From: the human T2T-CHM13v2.0 reference genome, Homo sapiens
Assembly: GCF_009914755.1 (NCBI RefSeq)
Contig: NC_060927.1
DNA length: 64,000 nucleotides
Reading direction: 5' to 3' (one strand)
Of the stretch, positions 14,922-30,925 are shown piece after piece (position 1 is the stretch's first letter; every line of letters begins with the position of its first letter). The translations under genes were made by a program, and so were the position numbers. Below the pieces are notes generated by a model, which ran no database searches, had not been told where the DNA came from, and saw nothing but the letters and a program-made list of their open reading frames with translations.

Positions 14922-16499
14922 CAGCATTATGAAAAGATAGGCAAAATTTAAAAAATCTAATATTTTTAATTTGAAAAATATCCAAAAATTAGCAATGCAC
15001 ATGGAGCTCAAACAAAACACAATATGAGAGTTTTGAAAGTCAATTTTAATATCATATGTATATGATATGTAATTTAGTGTATAAGACAGGGTGGTACTAT
15101 AAGAGAATTAATACTAATATAAAATAAAGATTTCAAAATCCTGGACATTGTCACACTACAAAATTAAGAGGTCAGAGAGATAAGAAATAAATGGTAAGTA
15201 GAACAGCAGAAGTCAGCAGTTACTAGTGATTAAGAAAAAAAAGAAGTCTTCTCTCTCATAAGGTATGTTTGTTTTCACCTAGCATACTGTTTCATGGAAG
15301 TTTTAGACTGATGGCTGTAGCTTAATACAGAGGCTTGTGTTTACAAACTTAATATCTCATCTTATATGGTTATGTGATCACACCACAGACAAGGCTCTCT
15401 TGTCTTTGACATGGGTATAGAAATCAAAGCCTTTGGTCACAAGAGATCAGTAAATATTACCATGAGAGGCACTAGTTTTAATATTTCCTTACCTCTTTGG
15501 ATTTATTTTATAGTTTGTTTTGTGGGGAGGGGAAGAGGATAATTTCTTAATTTTTGGTCATACCACCCATTTGTAAACAAAATTGTTTATCTGTTGTCCA
15601 AGATTTTAGTTGTTTTGAGGAGTAATGATTTCTCATGTACTTTCTCTGTCATATTATCAGAAACATAAGTCCAATGTATTTATTTTAAAGGATTTTTTAA
15701 TCTTAATTTATAGCATTGCACCAACATTCTCTTACAAACATAAAAGGTAAAGCATTATAAATTACATTAGTTTTCAAAAAATTCACTATATGGTTATGTA
15801 TGCACAAACCTACATGAGCTTTTAAAATTAAATTGATGCTTTGGTTAACTTTCGTATAAGACTGAGGCTATTCCATTTACATTGTTCAATAATGTGTATG
15901 TCTACGTCTTGCATCTTCTGAGATGGCAGTAAAGTTTTTCACTGCAGTAGCATGAATCGTATATTTTTTCAGCTTATTAAACTAAAGAGTTATAATAATA
16001 GTGTTAATGATGTTGACATCAAGAATAAAGAAAAAGGATGATAATGGCTGTAGTTAATGGATGTATGCATGATTATGCATTCATGAGTTTATTTATGTAA
16101 GAATATTCTTTGGGAATTTACTCTGTGTCAGAGTCTGTGGTAGCAAATTGTGGTTGTGATACTCTGGTGATATGATAGATGAACGTTTCGTCATTAGGGA
16201 TCTTACAGTAAATATAGCTGAAGTTGATGAAAACTGTCAAAAAAAATAGTGGATAAATAGTTAGATGAATCAAATCTCTTTTTGGCATACTAATGAGTGA
16301 CTGACATCAATCTTAGAAAATAAATTGATGAAGTAGCTGGCAGAAAATATTGGGGTGATGGTTGAAAAGGGGGTTATAAGAGACGAGTGGGAATAGCCAT
16401 TTATGAAGAAATAAATTTAAAGTGTAAGACCATTCTGATTAGCAACTTTTCAAGGACTAAAGAAAAATAAGTAAAAGCTTAATTTTTAATGAAATATTG

Positions 16500-19190
<2,691 letters not shown>

Positions 19191-20894
19191 ACAGTACAAA
19201 AACTGGATGAACTGTTGGTTAGCATCTTAGTGTATAAGAAATATTTACTATATTTTAAATATTTCAAAATAGGTTTTCCTAATTCTTCAATGTTTCCGTT
19301 TTGTCTTTTTTTTTTTTTTACAACTTTTACTACATTTCCTACATCTTCCAACAGTTCTTTTTTGTTCCCTTTAAGCCAGCTCATCCAATTCAGTTTTTAA
19401 ACATTGACCTTGATAATTTTATCATCTGCTGTCTCAGAAATATCATACTACAAAAGGCTATCTCTTGAAATAATTTTATTTTCTTCCACAGAGCTCTTCA
19501 AAATTATTTAATGTTTTAGGTCACACTTTATTTAGTACTTCTTGATTATCTATTTCTATTCAATACATCCTCACATCGTGGTCAGTGTATTCAAAGAGTA
19601 AGTGTGATCCTTCTACAATATTGTTAAATGTATGTGTTGTATGCTATTCAAGAGGAAGAAAGTGTATGATGTTATAAAGGAAGTAATAAACACCTCAACG
19701 GTAAAATTCACGAGTGGCTTACAGATGACCCTGTATCCTATCTGCTATTTGCTGAATGAAACAAAATATTTATCTATTTCCATCTCCAAACACTTAAAGA
19801 AGAACAAAAAGTGTATTGTAGTTTTCACTAATCATTCATTTTATCAGACTTCCAGAATGTAACAAGTCCTCATTCTTGGCACCTGAATAACCTATGGTTG
19901 TTGGAATAATACTGCAAGCTCTTTTTAAACTACATTTTGTTCATATTACTCATAGGCTAATGAGTTGTTCTTCCCTTCAAATGCTTATATTTAAATTTTT
20001 ATGCTTGAGAGGGTTTTATCATTTAATACATGCATGTTTTATGTTCTATTACGTTTCTTTCTGCTACAAGATTCTTAAATATATTAGAATAATTCTCTTG
20101 AAAATGTGAGTGAGAAATGATTTCTATTCTCTTAAGCATCTCTTTACTCACAGAAAGAGTTTATTTTTCTTTTTTTTCTATATTCCTGAACAAGCATACA
20201 TTCATTTCAGTGACTTAAAGTATATTGGCCCCAAATATCAGCTCCTTTATGTAACCAATATGTGAATGTTTGATTTTTATTCATAATCTTGTTTCTGTGA
20301 GAGTCTCATGTTTCCTGTTACTCTCTTCTGACTTTGAATGAATGGGTAAATCATCTTACAACTATTTTGTGTATGAGTTTGGCAAGAATTTTATACTTAC
20401 TGAGGTATTATCTAAAAATTATATATATATATAAATTCATGAACTGCTGCACAATAAAACATTCATAAACTTCTGCACAATTTAACATTCACATTTAAAT
20501 TTATCCAGTTTTGAAATTTGGTTAAAAATTCTGATTTCTAAAACTTATCTGCCAACACGAATAGCTCTTCGACTTCTTTTCAGTTCTATTTTCACCTAAG
20601 GAAATCATTTGTCTAATCATGACATGTTTTTCTAAGGCAGAAACAATGGAGAAAACTACATTGAGACACATTGTAAAGTGGCTGCTTAGCCACTGTGTTG
20701 TCCATGTCATTAGACAAGTGGCTCACTCCCATACAGAAACCTGAAAAATTGAAAATAAGCACATACCAGTGACCTTTGGAGTCACTTGCAAGTACTTGTA
20801 GCTGGCAGTGATAAATTTACACTTTCCGAATTTTATAATACTTCATACATTTGCCATTTTTTAGAATCATTATCACCATAATATTTCACTTCTT

Positions 20895-21200
<306 letters not shown>

Positions 21201-21520
21201 AATATTTCACTTCTTATCCAGTCTTTCTATATTATATTTTACCATAAAAGATCATCTAGGTTGATCATATACTTAGGAAAGAGAATCACATATTTTCAAG
21301 TGCCGTGCAATAGGGAAAAAGTTGATGTGGACTTCAAGACTCCACCCTAATTAGACTGGACTATGGCATAGAAATAAAAATAATCTTAAACACAACACTT
21401 TAGGGAACTTTCCCTTTTCAGAAAGTTTTCAATAATTCGGAAGCTGTTCCTTTCTTGAACTATTATCTAAATATAGATAAATACTGGTTCTCTACAGATA
21501 AACAAAGCAGAGGGTCTTGA

Positions 21521-21856
<336 letters not shown>

Positions 21857-23557
21857 TGAAGTCTTATGTGGTGCCTTTAAGCTTCTAGCTTTATATCCTC
21901 TATTGAAACCAGTAGTAACTTTATAATAACTTTATATTTACTGTCAAAATCAATTTCAATTATTGTTAAAATAATATATGCAACACTGTTTCAAAAATAC
22001 CATGACAGATTTTTGTTTTGTTTTGTTTTGTATTTTTTTTTTATTTTAGAAGGTAATATTACCTCTTTGGATCATCACCATGGTTCTCAAAAGAATACAT
22101 GGCAATATTCGCAGAAGCAGCCTTTACCAAATATCAATTATTTTCCTGCTGCTTTCCATTAAAAAAGAGAAAATAAACAAATTAGCACATTGGCCTATTC
22201 CCCAAGATAAGACTGTAGTTAAAGCAGTCAACTCCTTTTTATTCTGCTTTTCCCGGATAATTTCATGCTTCTGTTTTTTTTTCCTCAGGATAATGGGAGA
22301 GAGCATGTTATTAGTATACAATATATAAGGAGGTTGATGACCTATTGTTATGGTGTAGGGACCCCAAAATACTCCTAGAATTCATAACAAAAACACACAT
22401 GCACACACACGTGCACGCACACAAAAACACACACACATATACACTAATGATATATTCAGCAGACATTTTATAGTTTATGTTATCCTGTTTGCCTCTAAGC
22501 CAGTGATTTTAAATTGCTTTTCTGGTTATATTTGTTTTGTTTGTTTTGCTTTCTTTTGTTTTGTTTTAATAACAGCTAACTTCTCTACTCAATGAAAAAA
22601 TGGATTCAATGAATGTCAATGGCTCTACTATAGCATTTCTGGTTTTCTTGTTAGAGGTGGGATCAAGGACCACAGATATGCCAGATCCCTTCTCTTTTTT
22701 CCCTGAAGTTGCGATAAAAGTCCTAATGAAATGAAACAAGCAAATAAAAACAAACTAAAAACATGTTCCCTAACAGCACAGTTTGAACAACGTTGGTATA
22801 AGTTTTCCATGGCTTAGAGGGAGTATCTCAAAACACATCTTGATGTTAGCTTATGCAGGAAAGGCAATGACATTTTCATTGTTGTTGCTGTAGATTTTTC
22901 ATAAAGCATTCACTTCAGCTGTCGTTAGGGAGGTATTTGAAACTCAAACATTAACTAAAATAATGAGTTTTCACACATTTTTACTAAGTGATAATTGCAA
23001 TATGAAAAGAATAAAGTGATTTTTTAACTGCTACATATTTTAAAAGAGATTTTTATTTTTTTTACATATTTAAGGCCATGATCCTTATTCAAATGCACAC
23101 TAATTAAAGCTTTGTGCCAAAGAAAATGCACTTAAGATATAAGAAATATACCTTTATTATAAAATGAGTCTTGAAAAATGTGACAAATACGTCAGTATAA
23201 ACTGACTGACTTCTTTATGTTGAATTAAAGGTCAAAGGCTTGAAATGTAGTTAGGAGGGCCAGACAGAAGAATAATAGGACCACAATGCCCGATAATATG
23301 TGCTACTCGGCTAACAAGTTAAAAGTATTGAAAAATAGCACACATTCAGGTCCCTGTACTATAATATCATGGATAATTTGAATCAAAGTACATCTTAAAA
23401 CAGGATTTTTTTTAGCACATAGAAAGAATGCAGGAAAGGACAAGAGAAGGGAAAGAGAAGAAAAGGGGAGGCCAAATATTGGGTACAAATACACTTCACA
23501 ATAATCTAAAAATTATTCAAAGTGTGCTCTGTGTAATTATGCTAGAGGGAAAATGCA

Positions 23558-24490
23558 TGTGTTATGCCATTCTTTTGTTACTGTAAAGAAATAACTGAGA
23601 TGGTAATTTATTTTTTAAAAAGACAGTTTTTTTGGCTCACAGTTCTTTAGGCTGTAAAGGAAGTATGGTGCTGGCATCTGCTTCACGTGAGGGCCTCAGA
23701 AAGCTTCTTATTATGGTGGAATGGAAAGTGTAGAGCCAGTGCACCACACGGTGAGACCAGGAGTGAAAGGGTGGGGAGAGATGCCACGCACTTATCAACA
23801 ACCAGATCTGGCATGGATTCAGAGCAGAAACTCACTCATCACCAAGGAATAGTGCTAAGCTATTCATAAGGGATCTTCCCTCATGATCCAAATACCTCCC
23901 ACCAGGCTCTATCTTCAACACTGAGGATGACATTTCAACATGAGATTTGGAGGTGACAAACATCTAGACCATATGTTCCCACCCCTGCTCCCCAAAATCT
24001 CATGCCCTTATATTGCAAAATGCAATTATTCATTCCCAATAGTCCCCTGAAGTCTTAATTTGTTCCACCATCAAGTCTAATGTCCTATGTCTCATCTGAG
24101 ACTTTTCTTCTTCCACCTATGAGACTGTGAAATCAAAGTTATTTATTTCCAAGACACAATGGTGGTACAGGCATTCGGTAGATATTCCTATTCCAAAATG
24201 AAGAAATTGGTCAAAAGAAAGGGGCAATAAGCTCCATGCAAATCTAAAACCCAGCAGGGCAGCTATTAAATTTTAAAGCTCCCAGATAATCTCATTTGAC
24301 TTCATGTCTTATATCCAGGACACTCTGGTGGAAGGGGTGGTCTCCCAAGGCCTTGGGCAACTCAGCCCCTGTGGTTTTGTAGAGTTCAGCCCCTGTGGCT
24401 GTTCTCATGGGTTTGAGTTTAATGTTTGCAGATTTTCTAGGCACGTGATGTAAGCTGCCATTGGATCTATCATTCTTGGGTATGGAGTGG
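23558..24490 (-). mobile_element. MSTB-type MaLR 3' LTR (23558-~23976) plus adjacent internal fragment
   Basis: TGTGTTATGCCATTC...GGCTCACAGTTC...CAACATGAGATTTGGAGG..ACCATA, then TTCCCACCCCTG (purine-tract complement) and int sequence. Confidence 0.85.
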
Positions 24491-26300
24491 ATTACAATTT
24501 TTGAAAATAGAATAAAATTTAAGTGACATGCAAAGTTTACATTACTTTGTATAAAACAGTGCTGCTATCATGTCTTTAATTTTAAATTTGTCATAAACCA
24601 TTCTGAAACTTTTTATTAGACTACCTTATCATTTTAAATATTCAGAAACAATATAAGAATAATTCTAATATATTTGAAATATTACATTTTACTTTGATTT
24701 GACTTTATCTAAAAAATAGTACCTGAAAATAGGAAAAAAATAAAACTGGAAAATTGAAGTATCTGCTTTATAAACATATAAATCTGGATTTGTATTTATG
24801 CTGCAAATTTATAAATTTGTACACATTATTTACTTTTTAGACCCTCAGTATTTTAACTGAAAAATGGAGATATAGTATTTTTCATAGAAGTAAATTACAT
24901 TACAAAATATTTTAAAAGTACTAAGGTCAATAACTGGAATATAAGGAGAGCTTCATAGGGTATTACAATAGTTACTGTTTTAAATTCAACAGCTTTAAAT
25001 AATATTTCATGGGTTCAATGTATAACCCTGTAACTTTGAAGTTTTTCAGTTTGTTTCATGTATATAATCACCCAAAGTACTTCAAATTTTTACCTTGCTA
25101 AAGTGCAGACTTTAGTAAGCATTCTCTTATTAACAACAAAAGAAAGATCCTTCCTGCCTCCTGGGCTTCAGTACCTTTCACAGAGTGTCTCAGTTGTCTC
25201 ACAACACAAGCCCAATGGTCGTATGGCTTTCCTGTTTGAATAAATGGGAAGCTACAGGAGTTCACACAATCTATTCCACAATATTCCCTCCAACCTTTTG
25301 TGAACAGTTTTATATAGTTTCTTTATTGTTAAAACAAGTGAAACAGAGAAAAACTAATAAAAACATAGTTGTTGATTTTGTAGTGGAACAAATTACATTT
25401 AAGTCATGTCCAGGTACATGGTTAGAGGATATCTTTTTGCACATGTCTATGTATATAAAGCAAATGGTAAAAAGAGTAGTGTTCTTTAAATTTCTGAATT
25501 TGAATAAAATGCATCCATAGAATGTTTTTGGAATATTTATTTGAGTGAAAAGTGATTCAATGTCCAAACAGAAATTTAAGATAAAAAATAAAAATTGAAA
25601 AAAAATAGATTCTGAGATAAAAGCCTTATTTATATCACAGATTTTATTATATTTAGAAGGCTGATGAATCAGAAATAACTTAATGAAAGATAATATTAAC
25701 TAAGCTTAAAATAGTCAAAAATAGTTAAAATATTAACAGTTGAAAAATTAAGTTATACTTAGCATTATAGATGTCAGAACTAATCTATGAGCTTTATAGA
25801 TTATTGAAAATGATTATAAATATGTTAAGCACTAAATATGAAAATAATGACCTCATTAACTCTCCTGAGGTGATGGTGACAAACTTGATAGTTACAGACA
25901 ATCTAGTATAATATTAAATTTAAAATGTAGCTGGCATTAAGTATTGCTCTCATTCTACTTTTATAAGAAAACTCAACATTCTATTTTTTAATAAAATTAT
26001 ACTTATGAGTTTTACATTCCTTTTGTCCCAACATGTTACTAAAGAAATTTTTAAATGAGGATAATCTTAGCAAAAGGAGAAAAAGAGAAAACATTGTACA
26101 GAATGATTGATTGCTATGAAAGCATAACTATTTGTCATGAGAAATAAACGTTGGTTAAATTCATGAGAAAGTCATTTACTTTTTAATGAAAGGAAGATTC
26201 TCAATCTGAAATATACTGAATGTATAATCGAATTAATATTGTACTAACGAGGGTTTATTGCTGATATATAAGCTTATTTTGATAATCCACAGATTATGAG

Positions 26301-26411
26301 TGTGATGTTAGGGTGTCAATTTTAGTTCTTTCCTGCTTTCTCTTGGGGGCATTTGGTGCTATAAATTTTCCTCTACACACTGCTTTAAATGTGTCCCAGA
26401 AAAAAAAAAAA
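26301..26411. mobile_element. ~100-bp antisense L1PA ORF2 fragment followed by poly(A), with candidate TSD
   Basis: TGTGATGTTAGGGTGTCAATTTTAG...AATGTGTCCCAGA is antisense L1PA ORF2; A12 at 26400-26411; ATGAGTGTGA (26296-26305) / ATGACTGTGA (26411-26420). Confidence 0.85.
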
Positions 26412-27344
26412 TGACTGTGAGTTATATGCTTATACCTATCATTGATGCTCTTAATGACTCGAAGACATACAGAAAAATTAAAATTTTATATTTATACTAG
26501 AATTAGCTTTCAATACTGTATAACTTTGCATACCCATTACTCCTGGTTTCATCTCATCTTTCTCAATCCATTTGTCTAATAAATCTGATCTCTTAATTTG
26601 CAAAAATATTTCACATCTGCTCTTGAAATATATTGTTCTATCTCCTTAATTATCCAAAAATACCCACCTAATCTTACTGCCAACTGACTACCTAGTCCAG
26701 GTTTTCTCTTTGCTTTGAGAACTCTGATATATGTTTCACATTGTCTCCTAGTGTTCCAGTTGTCCAAAATTGCACCCTATTTGAGGTGCGTTTATTATTT
26801 CCTTATCTCTACTCTCTCAACTTTTCACTCTTCTACTAGTTCTTTGTGGAATTATCCCATAAACTAGTAGTTCACAATTTCTTATTAAAGTATACGCTTT
26901 TGGGGGAACCAAACAAAACACATGGGTTCTAATCAAATGTAAATGAAAATCTACAGAATTTCTGCAAAAGTCAGCAGTTCTACAATGATGATAGTATATA
27001 TTAATAAGCTCACTTTTAATCGTTGTTTAGCAAAAAAAAAATATTGGCTCTCATGAGATTATCATTGCCAATATAAAACTACAAAGTTTTTTAAAGTCCA
27101 AGCAAACAAAACATTACAATATCATTTAAAATTACATTTACCATCTCTTGGTACCAGATATCTATATAAAAAGACCGCTTGCTGAATAAGCAAGTACTTT
27201 AGAATTGCTGAAAGTGGCTTCTATAAATCATTTATATACAGCTGTGTAACTTGTACATTGTCAAAATTAGCTTTGACAGCAAACTGGGAGATGAAATGTT
27301 GAGGCTTAAAACTGCCATCATTACCTAGATCAACTCTTCCAAGT

Positions 27345-27470
27345 ATATATTCACATAAATGTAAATAAACATATATTCATGAATATATAGTGTGTGTATG
27401 TGTATATATATATATACACATATATGTGTGTATGTGTGTGTGTGTATATATATATTAACTATATATGTGT
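27345..27470. repeat. (TA)/(TG) low-complexity tract
   Basis: Direct reading. Confidence 0.85.
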
Positions 27471-27745
27471 GAAACTTTCTCTCTGGTTTCATTAAGTCAG
27501 TGGGCTATGTTGGTGATTGGCTTAATTTTCATAGATACCTCGCAAATTTAATTTTCAGATTCTTTAACTGAGAATTGTGAATTGAATGAGATTTTTCTGT
27601 AAATTGTTTTAACATAAAATAACATATGTATTATTCCATATTACATAGAAGTTTAAAATTAGATTTCTAATATTGTGTATGCATTTCTAAATACAATGGT
27701 AACACTAATAAAATATGTAAAAGCATAATAAATGGCACACCACAT

Positions 27746-29620
27746 ATTTTTATTTTTATGTGTTTAGTGTAGAATAGTTTTAAATTTACAGAAAAATTAT
27801 CAAGATAGTTCAGAGTTCCCATATACCAAGCACTTATTTATCTCTATTGTTAACATCTTACATTAGTATGGCATAATTGTCACAACTAATAAACTGATAA
27901 TGATGCATTACTTCACACAGTATTAAGATTTTATTAGCGTTTACCCAATATCATTTTTCTATACCAGCATTCCATCTGGGATACTACTTTCATCATGTCT
28001 CCTCAGATTCCTCTTGGGTGTGGCAATATCTCAGATGTTCCTTGTTTTTGATGAACTTGGAGGATTTATAGAGTACCAGTTGGAAATTTTGTAGAATGTC
28101 CCCTCAACTATAATTTATTTGAAGTTTTTCCTTCATGAATACCCTGGAAATAGGGGTTTGAGGGACACAGACGCAAAACTAAAATGCTAATTTTATCATA
28201 TGGTATCAAGGATACATTCTGTCAACATGATATATTACTGTTAATCAAAACTATGGTCATATTTTTCATTCTTTTCACTTATTCACATTATAATCAACCT
28301 ATATATTGTTACTTTATAACGTTTGTCATATTTTTCATTCTTTACACTTACCCGCATGTAATAATCAATATGTAGTTACTTAATTTACCTTTAAATCAAA
28401 TTAGAAAAGTAAAAAATAATAACTTTATTTATTCTTTCTCCAACACTTTCTTTCTTTTTTATAAGTATTTTCAAGTTTCCCACCCATATAAGCGTCCATC
28501 TGCCTGAAAAACTTCTAATGTGTCTTTTACAGGGAAGTTCTGGGAATGATTTTTTTTTTTTCATTTTTGTTTGTCTGTGTAACCTACATTTCATTCAGTT
28601 TTGAAAAATAATATCATTGGATGTATGCACAGTATTACAGATGGTGAATTTTTCTTTCAACACTTGAAAAAGTTCACTATGCTCTCCTCTTGCCTGATGT
28701 AATCTGTACCCTTGTTTCTGGAAAGATAAGATGTTTTTCATCTAGCTTATTTCAAGATTTTCTTTTTGCTTGTGCTTTATTGTAGTTTCAATATGATATG
28801 CCTTATGTTTTGCTGCTGTTTCCTGTTTTAGTTTGTTTGCTTTTATTGGTGGGAGTATATTCTGCTTGGTGCTCTCTTGTTTCCTAAATATGTAGCTTGC
28901 AGTCTGCCATTAATTTTGGAAAGTTTTTCACATTAATATTTTAACTATTTCTTTTGCTGCATGTATTTGTTTTTGTTTTTCTTTTTGTAGTCCCAATGTA
29001 AGTTATATCTTTGGAAATTGTCAAACAATTTTTTGAGGTTTCCTTTTTTCTCTTTCTCTGTATTGTAGTTTGGGAAATTTTATTGATGAATCTTCATGAT
29101 TACTAATTATTTTCACTTAAGTGGTGAATATACATATGATGATACTCATATGATATGGACCCATCAAAGTAATTATTTATTTCTATTAAAATGTTTTTTA
29201 TTTCTACTATTTCCTTTTGTTTTTTTCTTAAAATTGTGTTTTCCCTTTGACATTACCCAGGCATTCTTGTATGCTATATCCTTTCTAAGTATAGCATTTT
29301 ACATATTAATAATAGTTACTTAAAATTTCCTGTGTGATGATAATTCCAATATCTGCATGATATCTGATTTTCGTTCTAATTCTTGCTCTGTCTGTTCAGT
29401 TGTTTGTGCCTTTTGATGTTGAAAACTTGACATTGTTTATTGGGTAAATAGATGCAAAGAGATATAGTGTGAAGATCTATGTTAATATGATAGGGAATTG
29501 GACTGTGTTTAATGTTTACTGTTTATAGGTGTCAGAGGCTTCACATTTCATTGCTTTTTTCACATTGAATTTTTGCTTTTTTTCACATTGTATTTTTAGC
29601 CTTTATATGGAGTCTGTGAC
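27746..29620 (-). mobile_element. Old L1MC/L1ME-type fragments
   Basis: AATAGTTTTAAATTTACAGAAAAATT..AGATAGTTCAGAGTTCCCATATACC (L1MC-type 3' end) followed by T-rich degenerate antisense L1. Confidence 0.6.
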
Positions 29621-29646
29621 TTCCAGCTTTTTCAGATTTAAAAAAC

Positions 29647-30137
29647 CTTTTTTTTAAGTAAAGTTCAAATTAATATTAAGAACCACCATTAAAACTATTT
29701 TAAAATGTATGATACAGTGGTTTTTAATATATGTTAAATCTTGTTCAATCATCACCACTATATGATCATATAAATCACTCTGAAAAGAAATTCCATCTTA
29801 TTAGCAGTTATGACCAATTTTGTCTACTCCATATGTCTTAGCAACTACTGATCTACTTTCTGTTGTCTTTGCATTTGCCTATCTGGATATTTCATAGAAA
29901 TAAAATTACACAAAAAATATGTGGCCTTCTATGTCTGACATATTTCACTTAGAATAATGTTGTCAAGATTCATCTATGTTGTAGTATATACAAGTATTTT
30001 ATTCCTTTTTATGGCTGAATAGTATTTCATTATAAAGTGATAAACTGTACTTGTTCAACAGCTAATGGGCATTTGGGCTATTAGCTTTTTGGATATTTTG
30101 AATTTGCTGTTATGAACATTCTTGCACAAGTTTTTCT
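29647..30137 (-). mobile_element. L1MB-type 3' end
   Basis: GCAACTACTGATCTACTTTCTG, TTCACTTAGAATAATGTTGTCAAGATTCATCTATGTTGTAG, TTTTTATGGCTGAATAGTATTTCATT. Confidence 0.8.
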
Positions 30138-30385
30138 AAATGGTACAATTTCGAGCACTTTCAGTTTTAATCCCCTCTTACTGGATCTCTTTTAATGTGG
30201 TAGTAAGGTGTCGGGGAGAGAAAGCCTTCTATATATATATCATTCTTTTTGGTGAGATGTGTCTTTGGGCTACAACTTGCATAAGTATTTCCTCATTGCA
30301 GTCTTTTTCTGCCCCATTTTTCCTACTCTTGTTCCTGGCTGCAGTATATTCAGTTTATTTTCATGACCTTCTACTTGTCAACTAC

Positions 30386-30450
30386 TGTATTAGTGCATTT
30401 TTATGCTGCTGATAAAGACATACCCAAGACTAGGTAATTTATAAAGAAAA
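30386..30450 (-). mobile_element. THE1 LTR 3'-terminal fragment (65 bp)
   Basis: TGTATTAGTGCATTTTTATGCTGCTGATAAAGACATACCCAAGACTAGGTAATTTATAAAG. Confidence 0.85.
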
Positions 30451-30925
30451 CTGCCCTCAGTCCCCCCCACTGCCCTCTCTTCTGTGCTTGTTGGTGCCCA
30501 ACGTCCATAGGGGACCAAGGCAGCAGGGGGTGGCTGCCACGTTAGCACTGCCCTGAGTGCGTGCACACCTGGCCAGTTCGTGAGGGCAGTGGGCTCTGTT
30601 ACTACTTTTTTCTGAACCAGAGCAGGCACCAGAAGCGGGGAGAGGCCAGGGAGTGGGAGCAGGCACTTCAAAGCCTACATGAGCAGGGGAGCTTCCTGGA
30701 CCCCCGAGAGTGCAGGGATGCTTGGGTCCAGAGCCATGGCTGGGTGGCCACAGCTGTGCCCGGGAGTGTGAGGGGGCTCCCACTCAGCCAACCTAATAGG
30801 GAGCGCGGCTCCCGCCTGTTCCTGTCCCCCTCCAGCTTCGCTGAGCCACAGCCATGGCTGCACCTTCCCCACTGCAGCTGGCATCCCTGGAGTGGCTGCT
30901 CCTGACGCACCTACCGCTGTTGTCA
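30451..30925 (-). mobile_element. MER52-type ERV1 LTR, 5' portion
   Basis: Sharp GC-rich island; minus strand starts TGACAACAGCGG..GGAGCAGCCACT..GCCAGCTGCAGTGGGGAAGG as in MER52. Confidence 0.75.

Noticed and set aside
22040-22330. Possible exon after a polypyrimidine tract/AG, with an 82-aa ORF
   Set aside because: No recognisable protein or convincing splice donor; T-rich tracts are ubiquitous here. Small exons of a large host gene cannot be excluded without alignment.
28256-28370. Diverged ~69-bp tandem duplication (similar small ones at ~5062, ~20436, ~29550, ~33381)
   Set aside because: Ordinary slippage-type duplications; too common to be informative.
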